A stretch of DNA of 64,000 bases from Eledone cirrhosa (lineage: Eukaryota): NCBI GenBank assembly GCA_964016885.1, contig OZ024740.1, positions 273,172,001 through 273,236,000 on the forward strand. Reading direction: 5' to 3'. The notes below the pieces were generated by a model that did no database searches, was not told where the DNA came from, and saw only the letters and a program-made list of their open reading frames with translations. Shown here piece after piece: positions 1-14,530 of the stretch (the stretch's first letter is position 1; each line of letters starts with the position of its first letter). The position numbers and the translations under genes are program-made.

Positions 1-51
1 GTATCGAGACATGCGCCAACATTCGAGTAAAGAAAAAAATGAAAATAAATA

Positions 52-227
52 ATTGTTTCTACTTTAGGCACAAGGCCAGCAATTACCCAGTGCATTACTG
101 GTACTTTATTTTATCGACCCCGTAAGGATGAAAGGCAAAGTCAACCTCGGCGGGATTTGAACTCAGATCGTAAAAGGGACGTAACTATGCTGGAAAGCAT
201 GGCGTCCGACCCTCCACCGATACTGGT
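52..227 (-). mobile_element. tRNA-derived SINE (dominant family in this window)
   Basis: Reverse strand has an A-box-like head, B box GAGTTCAAATCCC, the central motif GCCTTTCATCCTTACGGGGTCGATAAAATAAAGTACCAG and an AGAAACAATT(ATT)n tail; more than 10 homologous copies in the window. Confidence 0.85.
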
Positions 228-266
228 GGGTTATGGTGCACCTGATTTTCTACCACACCCCATCTG

Positions 267-752
<486 letters not shown>

Positions 753-768
753 AAATATATATATATAT

Positions 769-863
<95 letters not shown>

Positions 864-2233
864 TGTGTTAAATTTCAATATATACAATAAAGATACATAT
901 GTGTGCGTGTGTGTTTATTTGCTTATTCTGAAACGTTTTAATCATATTTATATTTTATCTAAATTTTTCACGACGTTTTTGCTCTGGTCACATTTATTTT
1001 TTAATATTATTATAACCACATTATAACACAGTGTTGTAAAGAGTGAAGGGACCCTTGTGGCAAATAAAGTGAAAAGAATATTATTATTTTAGTAATCTTT
1101 ATTTGATTTTTAAAAAAACTAAATATTTTTTCACGTTTACTTTTTTTCTATCTTTGTGTGTATGTATGTGGCTGTGTGTATGTGGCTCTGTGTATATATG
1201 TGTATGTGGTTGTGTGTATATATGTGACTGTGTGTATATATGTGTATATGTGTTTGTTTTGCGTTCAATGTTGTTTGTCTGTTTGTTGGGTTCTTCAGAC
1301 ATGTCACTGGAAAAAATTACTAATTGCTTTAGTGGGTCAGTTCGAATTGTAATTAATTTTATACACATTTTCTTTTGTTTGTTTCCTATCTTTATGTATG
1401 TGTGTATGTGTATGGATAGAGGTATAGATATATGTGTGTGATAGTGTGTGATATGTGTGTATGCTTGTGTGTGAAAAAGAATTTGACAAATTTAAATTTG
1501 TTTATTATTTTGTGTTTTTATCCAAGAAATGTTTTCCTTTCTTGCGCACCATTGGACAACCGTTACTGCCTCTCCCTTCTCTTTTATTAATTTTTCTTCT
1601 TCAACTGTTTGATATTGTTGTTGTTGTGGTTGTTAGTAGAGGCAATGCTGTTGATATTGCTCTCCTTATTTTCATTATCATTATTATTAATGCCCCTTCA
1701 TCCGTCACCCTTGTGGCAAATAAAAAAAAATAATTACTACCATTATTATTACTATTGTTGTGTTTGTGATGGTGGTGGTGGTCGTCCTGATGGTGTTTGA
1801 TGGTGGTGAAGATAATGTTGATGATGTTGTTGTTTACTTGTTGACATTTCAATTAATCACTAGACATTAACATTATTGAGTAGAATAACAAGCAAATATT
1901 TATTTTTATAGTGCATTTTTGATTTCGTTTTATTTACTTCCCATGTTACAATTTACATATATTTATTTGTTTTTTTGGCATGATTTAAAATCCATTTTTC
2001 TTTTAAGTTTTTCATCGGGCCTTTATTTTATTTTTATTTATCATTAAAGCCTGATGAGTGTAGTGAAATAAATGATACATAAATAATGCGTATTCTACTA
2101 ACAGATTGTACACCCTCATGTTGTTATTGTGGCCCAAGTTAACACCAATCTAACAGACTTATCATCAAAGAAATTCCTGTCGCTAATATCTTGTCGCTTT
2201 TAAAGATTTGCGGGACTACATTATTTCATAGCC

Positions 2234-2345
2234 TTCAAATCCCGCCGAGGTTAACTTTGCCATTCATCCTTACGGGGTCGATAACATAAAGTACCAGTAA
2301 TACACTGGGATAATTTCTGACCTTGTGCCTATATAAGAAACCATT
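2234..2345 (+). mobile_element. SINE, 3' part
   Basis: TTCAAATCCCGCCGAGG...CATCCTTACGGGGTCGATAA...AGAAACCATTATT, homologous to 52-227. Confidence 0.8.
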
Positions 2346-4458
2346 ATTTCATAACCTTCTTTTTTACTGAAAAGCTTAGAAAGAAATTTGTGAGAATAGT
2401 TTATCCCATAACTCTTTATTCTATAAAATCCAAATGAAATTACACGATACAGGTTAGATTTAGAGAGAGAGTTGAGGAAAGAAAGCATAGCGTAAAATAT
2501 ACTACATCCTGAGTATATGCCGTAATGTGTTCTGATTTGCAAAGCTGTTGTTTTATGAATAAATACATTAGGGGAAACTTGTGGTTGCAATGATAATAAC
2601 GCATTAGGCCTCAATGTTTACTAACAAAACGTGACAAAGACTAGCCACTATGGGTGGTTTTTATAGTTGGTAATTGCCTTAAATCAGCCCTGAACCAAAA
2701 GACCTATGTTGAAAGGTATTCCAGTTACCAATATCTCATGTTTGTATTCGTTTTGTTTTGTGTGTTTAACCATAAGCGTGTACGTAGTCTGCAGATTATG
2801 GGTTGAATGAAGTACGGCTGTTATTTTTCGCAGACTAAATGGCTTCATATAGAATCTTCTATTAGCTCATACTGTTATCAAAGGAGATAAATACTTAGCT
2901 ACTGAAAGTATCATGAAATACGTACATTACTTACACACTATGTTGAAGTCAAATAATGTATGAAGTTGTCTTCTGTGCACGATATGAGAGTATTATTGTC
3001 AGGGACAAAAGACATACACTAAATATTAACAAAGCATGCAGCTTATAAAATAAGTCTGGAAAGTAGTGAAGAAGGCTTTATTAAAATGTGTAATGGATAG
3101 ATTTGCATCGGAACCAAGAACCATAGATGTAATATTTATACTGAGACAACCGAAAAATACTGCCTTATGTATGAGTAAACTACTGTAGTTTATGTATTCT
3201 TGAGAATGCTTTTACCATGAATAGTGGAATACAATATTGCAACCGAATGCAATCTTATGTCTTTCTCATTACCACGTACATTTTGCGTTTATCAGTTGAT
3301 TAGACATTCTCTTCAAAGGAACAAAGACAACTCTGACTATTTCATTTTCATTACAGTAAGATTGTGCTCAGAAGCTGCCATTATCATAGCCACCCACGGT
3401 TTTCCTGCACATATCGACTTGCAGACCTTCAAACACAACATTAACTGTATCCATCTTGCTAATCCGGATGAAAGATTAACTTCAACACAGTTGGTCATAA
3501 ATGTTCTCATCTGCAACTGATTTTAATTAATTGTTTACCTCAACTTCGTTACTAACCTTCACAATGGAATATCTTTTTATATTTTTTCACAAACTATAGC
3601 AGGAGTGTTGCACTTTCAATTGGCAGATGTTTTGTGTGGAATATTTTCCCAGTAACCTTTCTACTGTAAAGCTTAAATGCGCGCAAACTCCAAATAGTTT
3701 TCTTATAATTCTCCTAGTGAGGACTAGTTCTGCGTATTTCATTCGATATTGCGTCGTATAAAAACACTATGAAACATAGCAAGGAATAACAGAGGTGAAA
3801 AGTTCAAAGATTTGCTAAAATGTAATGTTTTGTTTTTATTTCCACAATAAACTGTATCCAACATACAGAATCTCACAATGTCATGAAAGGCCCTTGACAT
3901 TATATAAGAATAATTGATCAGTATCTAATAAAGAGAACAGAAAATGAAAAGGAGAAGAGAAAGAAGGGACAAACGGCGAAAGAAAGGGGCCGGGAGGAGC
4001 AGTCATTACCCAAAAGTCTCAGTGGTGTCTCGGCCGCGCCCCGCGTACAAAACAGCAAAAGAGATACCTCGGAGAATGGCCAGAGACACCCGCTGCACCA
4101 TCCACCTACACTACAGATATTTTAATTTAATCGGCATTTTCGGTAATAAATTGAGAGTAAAACTGTTTCACTATTTCTTGAGATAAATAATTATATGATG
4201 CGTCTCTCTTACATCGGTTTCAATATGTGAAATGATAAATGTAAGAATGTGTGAGTGTAGATGTACGGTTGTATATTCGTGTATCTATGACTATCCACTA
4301 TAGTGTATTTCAAATATTATACGTGATATAGGGAGGACAACTATTCCCTCGTATTCAAGTGAGTACCATATATGCATCGAATGTATGTATGCATGCGTAT
4401 ACATACATATATACATAATATGTATATATATATATGTATTGTATATAAATATATATAC

Positions 4459-4493
<35 letters not shown>

Positions 4494-5289
4494 TGTATGT
4501 ATGTATGTATGTATGTATGTATGTATGTATGTATGTATGTGTGTGTGTGTGTGTATCTGTATGTGCACGTTCACACCTTGCTTCTGTGTGCGAGTGCTGC
4601 AATGCTAATGAAATTATGAAATTACAATTAATACCTGATTAGAACATGGCCTTTTTTCTGATCATTTTATGTGTATATGAAGGGAAGTGTGTAATTGAAA
4701 ATGATATGGTTTATATTATATAATTAATTAATTAATTAATTAATCATATAAAGGTATTAAACACACACACTTATATATATAAATATGTGTTTGTATGTCT
4801 GTGTGTGTGTGAATCTGCATGTATTTGTTTGTGTATTTTTATGTATGTATTTGTTTACTCGTCTTCTCGATGTATCCATACATGAAATCCATGTTGATCG
4901 TGATAAACCCGTAGTTAAACCTAATTATAACGTTGTAAATTGTGTATAGAGGTAAAATAAATAAAATAGCAAATTCAGAGCTATATAATTACCTACTTGC
5001 ATTCATTATAATTAACAGTGAACATTTCATTTAGATTTTCCTTATTTACGTATAGTATATGAAGATTTGCTGAAGTGCATGCCGGTTTGATAATGTACTC
5101 AACAAGGTGATGTCGATCCCTTTAGTTTTGATTTATCGGTCAAGGAAAAGGTATGTTCCTCCATTCATTTAATGTTTGAAATAAGTAAGACGTCCAAGTA
5201 TCATTTCCCCGTAAAAATATGTTTATGCTTTGTTAAAATCAGACAAAAGAACATACATGCGTTATTTAATACTTATTAATTGATCCGTT

Positions 5290-5420
5290 GATATATGTTG
5301 ATGCCCTAAGGGCAGACACAGGTCTGTTGGTGACGCAGGACATGGCAGCGATGATGAGGGACAGAGAGTGCAGGAGAGAACTCATCCATGGATCTCGGGA
5401 ATTTTAATCGCCTTAGATAG
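5290..5420 (+). mobile_element. RTE/RTE-X-like LINE C-terminal remnant
   Basis: Translates to YVDALRADTGL..QDMAAMMR, resembling the YVDxLxxDTG...MxDRxxW C-terminus of RTE-group ORFs. Confidence 0.45.
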
Positions 5421-5457
5421 ATAATGACCCGGCTCAAATGAATATAAAAGAAGTATA

Positions 5458-5605
5458 GGTAGCGAACTGGCAGAGTCGTTAAGACGTCGGATAGAATACG
5501 TTATGGTTTCGTCCCATCTCATTGAGGTCAATTTTGCCGAGGTCAATTTTGTCTTTCATTCTTTCGAGGTCGACAAAAAAAATACCAGTCAAGTACTGGG
5601 TCCGA
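5458..5605 (+). mobile_element. SINE, diverged
   Basis: GAACTGGCAGAGTCGTTAAG head and TCTTTCATTCTTTCGAGGTCGACAAA...TACCAG core. Confidence 0.7.
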
Positions 5606-5949
5606 TTCTTCTTCTATAGAAAAAATCGGCTGTGTTAAGACCGGGAGAGAGTTGGGCTCTGCCAGGTTTATGACGGTGCATCTATGACTCCACAAGTAGT
5701 TAAGGGCTCTTTATTCTATCTTTTGTATGGTTAGAAAGCGGCGAGCGATGTAACGGCGCGTATAAACCTCCCGAAAGGAAACATGCTTATCAGCACTCAT
5801 GGGAGTTGAACCCACACCTCACGTTTGCCGGACGAGTAGAATAATATTGGTACTTAATATAATAAAATCCTTGGTTGGATGTCGAGATAATGTAGACGTA
5901 ATAGCATATGAACTCATGGTTAAATGCGACTAGATATTCCAATTATAAC

Positions 5950-6130
5950 CCATGCCTGCCAGTCTACCCACTCCACACAACCGATGTCGCCCAAAGAAGA
6001 GACAAAGGCCAATACAGATTGGCACCAGTGACGTTGAAGTTCATTTGACTACATTAGTAAACTGGGGCTAGGTGAAAGAAAGTGTTTTGTTCAAGGACAC
6101 TACACATCACCCACTCCGGGAATTGAAAGC
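5950..6130 (-). mobile_element. CORE-like SINE, diverged
   Basis: Reverse strand TTCAATTCCCGG (B box) followed by GTGTCCTTGAACAAAACACTT (CORE-like). Confidence 0.55.
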
Positions 6131-7375
6131 TAAGCTCGACAGGATTTGACGTAAGAACGTAAATGTCCGTAACTATATGTCACAAAGCATGTTGTCCAAT
6201 GACCTACAAATACTGCCAACTCACCGCCATTTTTAACAGAATTAATAACGTTTATGTAGGCGAATTAAACTGTAGTAATTTGGTAGAGAAATGTTGTTCT
6301 AATGGGTGTAAATAGTGTGACTCGCTTGTGTGAGAAACAAACTTTAAATGTTTCGTTTCAAGCAAGGCTTTCATAGTGTATAGCGGTTTAAAGCTTGACT
6401 GTAAATCTCGGTATATAATTTTTACGTTATTTACTTGAATAAGTATGGTTTGCAAATATATAGGGTAGACAACATAGTCCTTGCACCAGTGACTCAATGG
6501 ATTAGACATGCTTTTTGTTCAGCTAAATTCTTATGTATATACGAACACTTCATGTGACATAAGGGGGTTTAGTTGTAGTAGGATCGAGAACATTGACAAG
6601 GTTGAGGAGGTAGGCACTAGGGCTAAGCGGAGTTACTGGTTAGAAAGTATTACTGGATTAGGATAATGCGCAGTATATAGCAGCATGGGTTGAATGATGG
6701 GGTTGCGGTATTTGGTATTATATCTAAGAAAGAGAGTAGGAATAACGATGTGTTTGTTTCTTAGCCTGTGCTAAGAGGAACACGTAGCTACTGGAGAATC
6801 CTATGGGACACTAGAAAGGTTAGAGAAGATTGAAGTAAAATGTGATACATAATCTACATGGAGGAAATATGGTCAAATTCTATTGGTCCGGGGAATTTTA
6901 GCGATGTTTTGTATTACTAAGTACGAGCTGGGGGATATAATAGGAATTTGTAAATAAAGAGAATTTGAGAGTAGATTTCTGATAGATACTTTCTGCAATC
7001 AATTAATTAGGGACACAAAAGATTAGGTTAAAACGTTCAAAGTGAAATATTTTAGGATGATAATAATTTTATAGTACAGAAACTAAATAATATGAGAGCC
7101 GCAGTTTGATAACCTCTGTCATACCTATTTGTAGGTTGGTGCGGTGTACGGTTTGTTTGCCAACCTAGGAATGCAGGTTGGGATTTGGTTTAGCGGGTGG
7201 TTGAGTACAGTTCAGCTGTGTTTTCTTGGTGCCTTGTTTAAAGTTTAAGGCAATCAATGGTTCTATTTGCATACATACACGATTACATACATACATATTT
7301 GCATACATGCATACATGCATACATGCATACACAGTTACATACCTATTTACATACATACATGCATACATACATATA

Positions 7376-7789
7376 GATATTGTTGTTTGGGACCACACAT
7401 TGAAAATGTGTTCTGTTGTGGGGATCAGCTGCCCACTTGATGTAAACGTTGTCAGAAAAATACAGGAGAAGGAGGACATCTACGGACCATTGATGAGGAG
7501 TTTACAAATCCAGTATCCAAGATACACCTTTAGCTTCATACCCATCATTATTGGAGCTACGGGTTATATACCAACCCGCTTGGACCAAAGTATGACTGAA
7601 CTTGGATTTGCGGACAAAGAGCGCAGCTCCCTAAGTCATAGTCTACAAATGGCTGCGGTAGCTGGCACCTTCAAAATTTGCAAAACATTCTTGCGAGTAA
7701 AGGGATGACAATTCCTTTACTTTTACAACCTTGCCACCAGGAAGGTGGCCGGTCAAAAAAATATACTCGAAATTAAGAGAAAGAGATAA
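7376..7789 (+). mobile_element. 5'-truncated RLE-type non-LTR retrotransposon (endonuclease C-terminus + 3' UTR) inside (CATA)n
   Basis: ORF 7226-7708 reads DIVVWD...ISCP.D....K..EKEDIY...IPIIIGATG, a PD-(D/E)xK restriction-like endonuclease tail. Both flanks are CATA repeats. Confidence 0.75.
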
Positions 7790-8486
7790 CATGCATACAT
7801 ACATAATTACAAACATACATAATTACATACATACATTGCCATTTAACATTCTTCTCTGAATATTGTGATTAATTTCTGAAGATTTCTAAAAACTGTGAAG
7901 TTAAAAAGTACAGGAACACTGACCACGTAGTCATTTGCTCAAATATGCTACTACTTGATTGAAGTAAAATGAATACCAATATAAATTACACAATGTTTCA
8001 TGATTTTTGAAGCAAGCAAGTTGTCATATTTTAATTAGCGTTGAGAAGATGGTGACAGTGATATGTCCCAGAAGAGGACGCGGCAACCGAATTAATTTAT
8101 TAATTAAATTTCAGAAGAATCTTGCCTTGTGAGAAGAAAGAGTGGAGTTATGACTGAACTTTTTTGAAGTAAAAAGGCTGATGTTGTACTACAACTTTGA
8201 CTAGTCAGGATTAAGTGTAAATATATGCTATGAGAAACTGGAGTAGAAATCTCTATGTTGATAATATAGTTTGTGTTTCATTGTGTTTTTAAGACAATGA
8301 GTTCAATTTCTGGTAGATATAAGAGCCAAATTTCCCCCGAAACAACACACTACCGTATTTAAAACGGCTTAAAATATAATCACGAGGGGATCATGACTAA
8401 AATGCCATTTTATGATTGGCAAGAATAAAAATGAACACGAAACCAATAAGCAATTCTCCGGGACTATCTTCTTTAGATGTTATTTT

Positions 8487-8646
8487 GGCAGTATCAGTAA
8501 AGGGTCGGACGCCATGCTTTGCAGCCTAGAGTTACGGTCTGAGTTCAAATCCCACCCAGGTCAATTTTGCCTTTCATCCTTAGGTCAATAAAATACAGTG
8601 CCAATAATGCACTGGGGTTATTGCTGGCTAAAAGTAGAAACAATTA
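8487..8646 (+). mobile_element. SINE
   Basis: TGGCAGTATCAGTAAAGGGTCGGACGCC...GAGTTCAAATCCC...GCCTTTCATCCT...AGAAACAATTATT. Confidence 0.8.
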
Positions 8647-8930
8647 TTTCTATACGTCGTTGTCCTCGGCCCGTTCGAATCCCAAATCATACCAAATGCA
8701 ATTTTTTTCTTCAACCTACCAGTTCAGTAAAACAAATTACTAGCCAAATGATGGTTGATAGACTTGACTATTCACCATACACCAATTTTATCACCCTGAA
8801 ATTGCCAGAATTATTATTATAATTATTCGCACCTTTGATACCTATACACCCACACGCACACACAAACATATATATATATTAACAAGAAGTGTAAGTTAAT
8901 AGGTTGAATTCAACCTCGTTTAATTTTAGT

Positions 8931-8991
8931 CACTGTTATATATATTTCGGTGACAATGATTAGGCAACAGCTATGACCTAATCAGACAGCG
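8931..8991 (-). ncRNA. Type I minimal hammerhead ribozyme (one core substitution)
   Basis: Reverse strand: CGCTGT-CTGATTA-GGTCAT..GTCACC-GAAA-T-ATAT-A-TA-ACAGTG. 6-bp stem I, palindromic ATAT loop III; same type as 41338. Confidence 0.7.
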
Positions 8992-9735
8992 AGGATTTGA
9001 ATAGAAAAGAATAAACAAGAAAAACATAACGATGGAGTAAAGCTTACTTCTGTAATGTCGATAGTTTCGATTTTTTATATTCTCCTTGATGAAATTTCAA
9101 TACGGAGCATAACAAAAATTGAAATTTTTTGTTGCTTGCTCCTTTCTCATTCTCCTTTTCACTTTCGTTTTTCTTCCCCCAGTACAATCTGAGTATACAT
9201 CTTGAAGCCGTATTTGTTTTGTTTTTAATGTGTTCTGGTTCTTAATATTCTACTTTAACGATCTATATGCATTCTCAAGTGGAGGCTAGGTGAATTTGTG
9301 TTTCTAGACAGGAACAAGAATAATAAATATATTAAGATTACGCTACCAAAACATAATATTTACAATTAACCTAGTACATTAAATATTTCATTTTATGTAA
9401 TTCAGAAACTATTATAAAATATATACTGTAGTACTTGTAAAAATATCTGTTGTGAAGAATAAAGGGGAATTAGTACAAATGGCTAATAACTACAAAATAT
9501 TGAAATTTTAAAACATGAATTAAAAGTTTGATAAAAAATATCATGCTGTGACGTTGGAAAGAATATTTCCTCACTAGACATAACCGACGGAATTGTATGG
9601 ATAAACAAAAAATCGGTTTCATTTGAGAATCCAAAAGCACTCCTCACGAGAAAACACAAAATATTAAATGTAACATCATATATACCGAATAAACTATCAA
9701 TAATAATGGGTCAGCCAACAAGAGTGTATATAGAC

Positions 9736-10183
9736 CAGCTTTTCTCAATCGGTGTTCCCCGGAACGCAAGGGTTCCGTAAGAGGTCACTAGGGGTTCAAC
9801 GAGAAACAGTGATAAATAAGCTAATGTATTTTTCAGTAATTGTTGTTTAATTTTATAGTCGTAATTTTACTATATACATACGGCATATTGATAGAAAACT
9901 CTTTAAAATATAGTAATAATTGTTTCTACTTTTGGCACAAGGCCAGCAATTAACCAGTCTATTACTGGTACTTTATTTTATCGACCCTGTAAGGATGAAA
10001 GGCAAAGATAACCTCGGCGGGATTTGAACTCAGATCGTAAAGGGACGTAACTACGCTGGAAAGCATGTCTGACCCTCTACTAATACTAATAATAGTATAT
10101 AATAATCTTCATATAAGGATTCTCTGAGACATTAAAATTATTTTAAAAGAGTTCCTCGGGAGTAAAGCAGTTGAGAAATGCTG
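9736..10183. mobile_element. hAT/Charlie-like MITE with an internal SINE insertion
   Basis: Terminal inverted repeats CAGCTTTTCTCAA / TTGAGAAATGCTG and subterminal GGGTTCC motifs; SINE at ~9918-10088 inside. Confidence 0.65.
9918..10088 (-). mobile_element. SINE
   Basis: Near-identical to 52-227. Confidence 0.85.
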
Positions 10184-10705
10184 ATAAACACGTCGCAAAC
10201 AGTTGCAAGTTTCATGCAATGAGAACCTATATCTGCATATGTAATGTTGACGTCCAAAAGAAGAAAAAAAAAACACACTTTAAGGCACTGCAGGAATATT
10301 ATATTGAGTGATATCAATCAGGAAAATGAAATAATGACTGATATGTTCGATATGTTCGAATAAGTGTGTGTGTGTGAGTGTGTGTGAGTGCGTATGAGCG
10401 TGTGCGTGAGTGTATGAGAGTGTGTATGTGTGTGAGTGTGTGTGAGTGTGTGTGAGTGTGAGTTAGATCTCCATCGGTTCTAACGACGAAATGGCCAGAT
10501 GTTCGTAGAATGGAAAAAAAACCTGCTCTTTAAAATAACGTGCAAGTGCTTGAGCATTCCACAGACATGCGCACCATTAACACAGTTCTCGAAATCAGCG
10601 TGGAACAATAAAAATGAGCCTGGTACACAGATGGACTGGAACAATGTGAAATAATGTGATTTCTCACGGAACAACACACTACCTTGAATAGAATATATTA
10701 ATAAT

Positions 10706-11535
10706 GATTGTTTCTACTTTTTGGCACAAGGCCAGTAATTACACAGTGCATTACTGGTACTTATTTTATCGACCCCGTAAGGATGAAAGGCAAAGACAAA
10801 CTTGGCGGGATTTGAACTCAGATCGTAAAGGGACGTAACTATGCTGCAAAGCATGGCGTCCGACCCTCTACCGATACTGCCAATCCACCACCTTGAATAG
10901 AATATATTAATAATAATTGTTTCTACTTTTTGGCAGAAGGCCAGCAATTATCCCAGTGCATTACTGGTAGTTTATTTTATCGACCCCATAAGGATGAAAG
11001 GCAAAGTTAACCTCCGCGAGATTTGAACTGAGAATTCAAAGGGCCGTAACTCTATGCGTCAAAGTATGGCGTCCGTCACTCTACCGATACTGAATGGCTT
11101 CTGATTTGAGCAAGAAGGCAAGCAATTTTAGTTGTAGGGAAGGTCAACTAAATCGACCCCAGTGAGTGACTGGTACTTTATTTTATCAACCCCGTAAGGA
11201 TGAAAGGAAAAGCGAACCTCAGTGGCACTTGAACTCAGAACATAAAGGGACGTAACTCTGTGCTGTAAAGAACAATGTCCGACGTTCTACTGATACTGCC
11301 AATCCACCGCCCTTACATATTAAGAATAATGATAATGCTAATAATTACTTCTTCTTTTGGCACAAGACCAGCAATTATCCCAGTGTATTACTGGTACTTT
11401 ATTTTATCGACCCGTAAGGAGGATGAAAGGCAAAGTTAACCACGGCGGGATTTGAACTCATACCGTAAAAGGACGTAACTCTATGTTGCAAAATATGGTG
11501 TCCGACGCTCTACCAATACTGCCAAACCAGCGCCC
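10706..11535 (-). mobile_element. Head-to-tail cluster of four SINE copies
   Basis: Copies at ~10709-10890, 10917-11092, 11097-11312 and 11347-11535, all on the minus strand. Confidence 0.85.
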
Positions 11536-11914
11536 TGATATATTAATAATAATGATAATACTAATAATAACAACTACAAACTTAATGACATATATGGTTA
11601 AATACAATATTAGTGGTCGTAATTTAGTTTTAAGTCTGAATTAATTTCCCTTTTTTCGCATGAAGCAAAAACAAAATAAAATATAGAGACGACGAAGAAG
11701 ATAATATTAATGCAAAAATCATTACTTTTATAATCGATATCCATCATTAATTTACAATATCTTCACAGGAATTAGGGAAATGACATAACAAATATTTGCT
11801 TCAAAAGATTGTGCAGACGTGTATGTGATCGAGAATGATAGGGATTGTGCGTATGTATATGTGACACAAACAAACAAACACATATACATAAACACACACA
11901 CACGCGCATATATG

Positions 11915-11947
<33 letters not shown>

Positions 11948-11965
11948 ATGTGTGTGTGTGTGTGT

Positions 11966-12215
11966 GCGTGGAATCACGTGGCCTAGCGGTAAGGTTGTTG
12001 GACTTACGATCATAATATCGTGGGTTCGATTCCTGGAATGCCTGCTGTGTTCTTGAGCAAAACACTTCATTTCCCGTTGCTCCACTATACACAGCTGAAA
12101 ATGGCTATCAGCAATAGTTGGGGGTTTAACCCTGCGATGGACTGGCGTCGTGTCCAAGGGGAAGTCTTTTACTCTGAGTCACTTCACGCCTTGAAACCGG
12201 GATAAGCACCGGTAA
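11966..12215 (+). mobile_element. tRNA-derived SINE with CORE-like and V-domain-like segments
   Basis: A box GTGGCCTAGCGGTAAGG, B box GGGTTCGATTCC, then GTGTTCTTGAGCAAAACACTT and AACCCTGCGATGGACTGGCG. Confidence 0.7.
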
Positions 12216-12349
12216 AATGAGCCTTATATAAGACACTTCAATATATATATATACATCTGTCCCCAAAATATATACACACTTCAACAGCATTGTAATCAAA
12301 GGGTGTATACATTTTTTATGTTTATATATATATATATATATATAGATAT

Positions 12350-12527
12350 ATAGTATATGTTGGTTGTTTACCGACACCTCAGTATGCAGATTGGAGCACT
12401 CGACGAAGTACGCATATTGGTTGGTTTAATTCTGAGTAATGTAAAATAAGTAAGTCAAACATGTAAAACGAAGTCAAACGAAGTCAAACGAAGTCAAACG
12501 AAGCCAAATTTTACATCTTTGACTTAC

Positions 12528-12533
<6 letters not shown>
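12350..12533 (-). mobile_element. TA-embedded pseudo-LTR remnant with short fold-back (same family as 41115-41535)
   Basis: Reverse complement of ~41420-41530; inverted arms AATAAGTAAGTCAAA...TTTGACTTACTTATT enclosing tandem AAGTCAAACG units. Confidence 0.65.
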
Positions 12534-12568
<35 letters not shown>

Positions 12569-13266
12569 TAGTGAGGCGGGAGATGGTGAGAGAAAATGTA
12601 TATATCCTTGTGTGAGTGATGACGAAAGATATGGACCAGAAATTGAGAATATCGTATAACATACCTAGAAAATGTTATTAGTATTACGTTTATACGTTAT
12701 ATATTTTTGGGAATTAAAACATTTCATTCTTTCCTTCTCAATCTAATTGTAAACTCGTATTCTCACCTCGTTTCCTATCTTTCTCAAACCAGGGAGATGC
12801 ACAGGACCAAAATACAATGTAAAAAAACAAAGGAAAGACCGACAGTCCTATTCCCGCAGTCAACTTCTAGAAAGCAGTATAGTTTCGGTGTATTTATGTA
12901 TGTGTGTCTCTGTGTGCGTGTGCGTGTACGTGTACGTGTGTGTATATATGTGTGTGTGTGTGTTCCAAGAAGCTTTCATCATTAACATTTGGTAATGCTT
13001 AATTTTCTCCCATCTTTTTTTCATCACTTTATAACGCTAGTAACTCTCTCCTTTTTCTTCTTCTTCTTCTTCTTCTTCTTCTTCTTTCGTTCATTCATTT
13101 TTAGAACCCTCCCCTCTCCCTTTTCCCAGTCTCCCATTGTTAATAGTTAGTTCTTTCGTATCATTATGTAAACGAGATTACCTGGAATGCCCTCCCGTCA
13201 CATACCACAGCAAATCAATCAATAACTCATACACACAGACACATAACAACTGTTTTAGTTTCCAAC

Positions 13267-13351
<85 letters not shown>

Positions 13352-13444
13352 CTATGTGTAACAAAAAATGTATACAGCATTCTTATAAATATTGGCTGTA
13401 CAGGTAATCAAAGTGTATATATATTTTTTGGGACACCCTTATAT

Positions 13445-13507
<63 letters not shown>

Positions 13508-13758
13508 TACATATGTATATATTGGATATTTTTTTTTATTCACACTGGGCTCCCTTTAAAATTAATGCAACGATATTATCCTCACTAAACGACACATACT
13601 TAGGAACTAGCGCACTCACATACACTCGTACAAATAGTATTACTTTAGGGATGGCAAGCAGAATCAAGCCTAAGCAACAGCCTTAATGATCTTATCCCTC
13701 TTGTCTTCTGAATAAATTTGCATGTTACCAATTCCCTTCGTTAAATTTTTTAAAGACC

Positions 13759-13798
<40 letters not shown>

Positions 13799-13879
13799 TA
13801 GCAGCATGTATATAAATATACTTTGTATATATATATATATATATATATACTTTGTATATATATAAATATACCTTGTATA

Positions 13880-13940
<61 letters not shown>

Positions 13941-14257
13941 TGTCTGTGTGTGTGCGTATGAGCTGTTTTGAAAATTTGTAAAATTGGACATTGATGAAAA
14001 TATTTCTTCCTTTGATTGCAAGGAAAGTTCATTATGGTAAGCTAGTCAATTTTCTACGTTAGTCACTGGTAGGATGAAGTAGGTGGAAGTAGATACAATT
14101 TACAAGTATTTTGTGTTTATTTTGCTATTAAAACTTTTTAGTTCATATTTATTTAGTTATTGTAATATTTTCATTGTATATTTATTACGGCGGAAGTTAC
14201 TGAATAAATCTGCATTTGTGTGTGCTATGTGTATATATTGTATTGTCTTGTTTCATT

Positions 14258-14360
<103 letters not shown>

Positions 14361-14528
14361 GTAATAATAATAAATTTGAAGACTAAAATCCAAAGAGGGC
14401 TCGATAAGGATAAATATATATCAAATATATAAGAACCGTAGAGCAAATATTTATTAAAATAACAGATTAAAGTTTAAGCAAAGAATCGATGCTTTCACCC
14501 TTAACATTAAGGGTGAAAGCAGCGATTG
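14361..14528 (-). mobile_element. TA-adjacent pseudo-LTR-like element (second copy at 40877-41040)
   Basis: About 90 bp near-identical to 40877 onward; terminal palindrome GCTTTCACCCTTAA-CA-TTAAGGGTGAAAGC. Confidence 0.55.
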
Positions 14529-14530
14529 GG

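Noticed and set aside
2046-2080. CTGATGA..GAAA hammerhead-like match
   Set aside because: No convincing stem I, II or III.
3960-4120. GC-rich patch as a CpG promoter
   Set aside because: Short, with no associated gene; more likely an unidentified repeat fragment.
5793-5842. tRNA gene on the minus strand
   Set aside because: Only an anticodon/T-arm-like half (GGGTTCAACTCCC) is present; more likely a SINE head remnant.
12250-13445. Single Tc1/mariner element spanning two TIR-like patches
   Set aside because: The patches at ~12255-12320 and ~13360-13442 resemble mariner MITE ends but are too degenerate, and there is no transposase between them.
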